Positions 48,087 to 50,522 of a stretch of 50,522 bases of DNA are shown one piece after another. Origin of the DNA: Candidatus Hodarchaeota archaeon (lineage in GTDB: Archaea > Asgardarchaeota > Heimdallarchaeia > Hodarchaeales > Hodarchaeaceae); assembly GCA_029856365.1 (NCBI GenBank), contig JAHQWW010000018.1, forward strand, positions 1 to 50,522, given 5' to 3'. Each line of letters opens with the position of its first letter. Position 1 is the first letter of the stretch. Position numbers and translations under genes: made by a program. The notes under the pieces were generated by a model. That model saw nothing but the letters and a program-made list of their open reading frames with translations. It was not told where the DNA came from and ran no database searches.

Positions 48087-48354
48087 TTTTTTCCACCTCA
48101 ATTTTTTTTAAGACCTTCTCAGCGTAGAGAGTAAGTATTAATCGCTTGGAATTCGTAGGTAATCTAACAAGTAACTTTGCTTGTTCCAATTCTTTGATTC
48201 ACTGGTAAATTATTGCAGTAGTAAGTGTCAAGCTAGGTGATTGAGTGAAATAAGCATTAATCATGGCTGCTGTTGCGCCAGGATTACGATTTAAGTAGGA
48301 AAGAATAACTATCGAACCCTTGGTAGAGAGAAGATCACTAGTTTTTTTCATCAT
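48043..48354 (-). pseudogene. wHTH regulator with an in-frame TGA at codon 52 (48199-48201); paralog of the N-terminal domain of 46449-46988 (not in ORF track)
   Basis: Manual translation: MMKKTSDLLSTKGSIVILSYL...LTTAIIYQ*IKELEQAKLLVR.P..S...ILT..AE.VL. This aligns with MLDLLASTGTKEILEFI...LTTATIYRRLKELELAGFIIR.PPDS..YILT..AE.IL. Confidence 0.8.
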
Positions 48355-48410
48355 GAATTATCAAAAAGTGTAATATTTATAAAACTTTCGGAATTATCAA
48401 AATCTGTAAT
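48355..48410 (-). promoter_or_regulatory. BRE/TATA promoter flanked by two 20-bp operator-like repeats
   Basis: GAATTATCAAAAAGTGTAAT (48355-48374) and GAATTATCAAAATCTGTAAT (48391-48410) are 18/20 identical. Between them the minus strand reads CGAAAG-TTTTATAAAT. Confidence 0.75.
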
Positions 48411-48662
48411 TAATTATTTAACAAGTTCTAAGAGTAAAATAAGCCTTCACTGAATAGTATGGGAAGAATAGAATAGTAATAGGCCTTAATTCATATGACG
48501 AAAGAAAATTTATTGAAGAATAATATAAGCAATCAATTTATTGAAATAAATCTTTACACTAGAGCGGATTAGATGTGGTATTGACCGAAAAGAGTCTCTA
48601 TTGGTTGATTAAAATTAGCAAAAAAGGAAGAGAGGTAGAAGATTGATTAGTAATAATGGATT

Positions 48663-50102
48663 CTAGTCATTATATGGAGCTCTCTCTCCAGCTAGGAACT
48701 TCTCATGATGGCTTTTGACACGCATGAAACAGGTAAAGCCAATGAGAAAGAGGACGAGTAACAAACCAATACCCACTTTATATGCCAACGCATTTGATCC
48801 AAGCCCTGCTGCAGAGGCAAAAAACCCAATTACTCCCCCAAACAAGATCATACCAATAGCACTACTTCCCTTGCCAGCCAATTTACTAAAGCCGAAATAT
48901 CGTCCTACTTTCCCAGGCGGGGCGAGTTCAACCGTCATGGTTCTTTGAACAACCCAAATAGAACCCATACCAAATCCAATTAAAATCGCCATTAAATAAA
49001 TGGTAGTATTAGGTAAGAACCTTAGGTAGATTGGAAGATTTATATTCTCATCAAAACTATCTGCAAAAATAGGAATAGCTAGAGCAACTAACCAAACAAT
49101 AGAAACGATCATTGCGAGAAATTTGGGGCCCTTCCGATCAGCGATTGGACCAGCAATACCTGTTAATAATACTGCAAAGATAACTCCCACTAAAAGCAAT
49201 AAAGTGGCTAAACCCTCACTCAATCCGAACCCATTGACTGCTGCAGGTTTCATAATATTAATTACGGTCTGGACCACATCAACAGTGAAGAACCAACCGA
49301 TAACAAACCAACGCATGTCCTTATAATACCAAATCTCTTTGGCTGTTTCAATTGTTTCGGAAACGGCGGAACCAAGTAAATTCCGGAAGCCAATTTCTTT
49401 CAATCGATTCTTCCCAGCTACTTCCTTGGCTAACAAAAATGGTAATGCAATTAAAAGGAATCCAAGAGCGCAAATAAGCCACATCGAACCCAGATGCCCG
49501 AGCCAATCAGCTTTAGGGCCCAGAACAGCATCATATTGGCTAGGATCAATTGTACCGATATTATCAGGAAGTGTTACTGCTTCGGTGAAAAAGTCGATAG
49601 CTGTAAAATTGAATATAACTGCAAAAAATGAACCAAAATACCCTAAAGCGACTCCAACAGCTGAAACCCATCCAGTATCCTTATCTTGACAGATCCGAGG
49701 AATCATGGTATCATAGAACAAATTCCCCCATTGATAGAAAATGTTGGCGCTCAAGAAGAAGAATAATGCAACGAATACATTGTCAAATAGGAATACAAGG
49801 CCTGTAAAGAGAATAGTAAGAGATCCAAAGAGAATGGTACCTGGTTTGCCCTTTCCATTATTGTCAGCAATAGTACCCATGACAGGAATAGTGATAGCTA
49901 CTATTAACGTGCTAAGGGAAACAGCAATACTCGCTAAAAAATAGCTTAACCCGTAATCAAAACCATTTTTCATTCCTAAGAGGGTTCCGTACTGTAACAC
50001 CGTCATGGACACGATTCCCATACTGAAGATTGTATTTGCAATATCATACGTTGACCACAGAAGAACATTCAATTTAGAAGTAATGGGGGTTTGTTCGCTC
50101 AT
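48663..50102 (-). CDS. MFS transporter (UMF1/ATG22-like)
   Basis: W..YD.ANTIF, GTIAD..G, FYD.M.P, GPIADRKGPK, G.YFGF..L.GK; about 12 TM segments. Confidence 0.88.
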   Translation of the reverse strand: MSEQTPITSKLNVLLWSTYDIANTIFSMGIVSMTVLQYGTLLGMKNGFDYGLSYFLASIAVSLSTLIVAITIPVMGTIADNNGKGKPGTILFGSLTILFTGLVFLFDNVFVALFFFLSANIFYQWGNLFYDTMIPRICQDKDTGWVSAVGVALGYFGSFFAVIFNFTAIDFFTEAVTLPDNIGTIDPSQYDAVLGPKADWLGHLGSMWLICALGFLLIALPFLLAKEVAGKNRLKEIGFRNLLGSAVSETIETAKEIWYYKDMRWFVIGWFFTVDVVQTVINIMKPAAVNGFGLSEGLATLLLLVGVIFAVLLTGIAGPIADRKGPKFLAMIVSIVWLVALAIPIFADSFDENINLPIYLRFLPNTTIYLMAILIGFGMGSIWVVQRTMTVELAPPGKVGRYFGFSKLAGKGSSAIGMILFGGVIGFFASAAGLGSNALAYKVGIGLLLVLFLIGFTCFMRVKSHHEKFLAGERAPYND

Positions 50103-50384
50103 AAGATTGACTCCAATGAAGGGTAACTCCTTTTTTTTTCATCCACCTAAGAATTTTTCCTGCATTTGAATGAGGTGAGGAAAACACAAAACACTCCTTG
50201 AAAATTAGAAAATCACAATGATATCATAGTTTGATATGTTTTTGTCTGTAATTGTTGCCACACTTTTCCATAGTTTTTGCCATATCTTTATCTAGATTGA
50301 AAACATTACAGTACATGGGGTTAGGTCAGAAATATACACCCTCTCTACTTGCTGATAAACCCTGTAAACCCACCAGAAAGCCAT

Positions 50385-50433
50385 GGGCATCCAACGAACC
50401 GAAAAACCTTATTTTTCCTAACGTTGGGTGCCC
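50385..50433 (+). repeat. GC-rich inverted repeat / stem-loop in intergenic DNA
   Basis: GGGCATCCAACG (50385-50396) pairs with CGTTGGGTGCCC (50422-50433), 12 bp with one G-U; inner GAAAAA/TTTTTC stem. Confidence 0.55.
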
Positions 50434-50522
50434 CTCCCTCCCCCCTCTTACCTTTTATTGGTATTTGAACTTGTTTCACTCTTTTATCATTCCTCACCTA
50501 CCTTCTGCAACATCTCCATATA

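Noticed and set aside
48199-48201. Selenocysteine or other recoding of the in-frame TGA in the wHTH gene
   Set aside because: The aligned residue in the paralog is Arg, not Cys, and no SECIS-like element was recognised. A CGA-to-TGA transition is simpler.
3948-49944. Many short ORFs antisense to or nested in real genes (e.g. 3948-4184, 6417-6683, 8893-9168, 17203-17520, 19418-19774, 25369-25818, 39249-39587, 45963-46169, 49339-49689)
   Set aside because: They overlap well-supported genes and show no motifs; typical shadow ORFs.
1-50522. CRISPR array, rRNA, integrase/transposase, or prophage at the tRNAs
   Set aside because: No regularly spaced repeats, rRNA-like tracts, recombinase motifs or duplicated tRNA 3' ends were seen by eye.
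50103-50522. Protein-coding gene in the terminal region
   Set aside because: Only very short frames were found. The last ~25 nt may be the 3' end of a minus-strand gene outside the window, but this cannot be supported.

Overview
AT-rich archaeal chromosomal window. It is most likely from an Asgard archaeon; this is inferred from a Rab-like GTPase, an Rpn11-like JAMM protein and longin/gelsolin-like and TRAP-like candidates sitting alongside core archaeal genes (egsA, aCPSF1, FEN1, dph5, CTP-dependent riboflavin kinase, an intron-containing tRNA). Most of the window is housekeeping: glycine cleavage and SHMT, tRNA modification, flavin synthesis, scattered A/V-ATPase subunits, peptidases and three tRNAs. 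Reading beyond the ORF track gave several extra elements: (i) an ATPase subunit F gene that appears to start at ATC, inside a tRNA-Val/atpH/atpF/tRNA-Leu cassette; (ii) a 41-aa membrane microprotein; (iii) an accessory operon wHTH(nonsense)-ARPP-1/DUF6569-double wHTH-vWA(frameshift), whose BRE/TATA promoter is bracketed by two 18/20-identical operator-like repeats. Other candidates are a longin/uDENN-gelsolin-like fusion, a 1839-aa triple-repeat/alpha-solenoid/acidic-tail protein, and TRAP-alpha/beta-like membrane proteins. No CRISPR array, rRNA or recognisable transposase was seen. All family calls come from motif recognition by eye, not from database searches.
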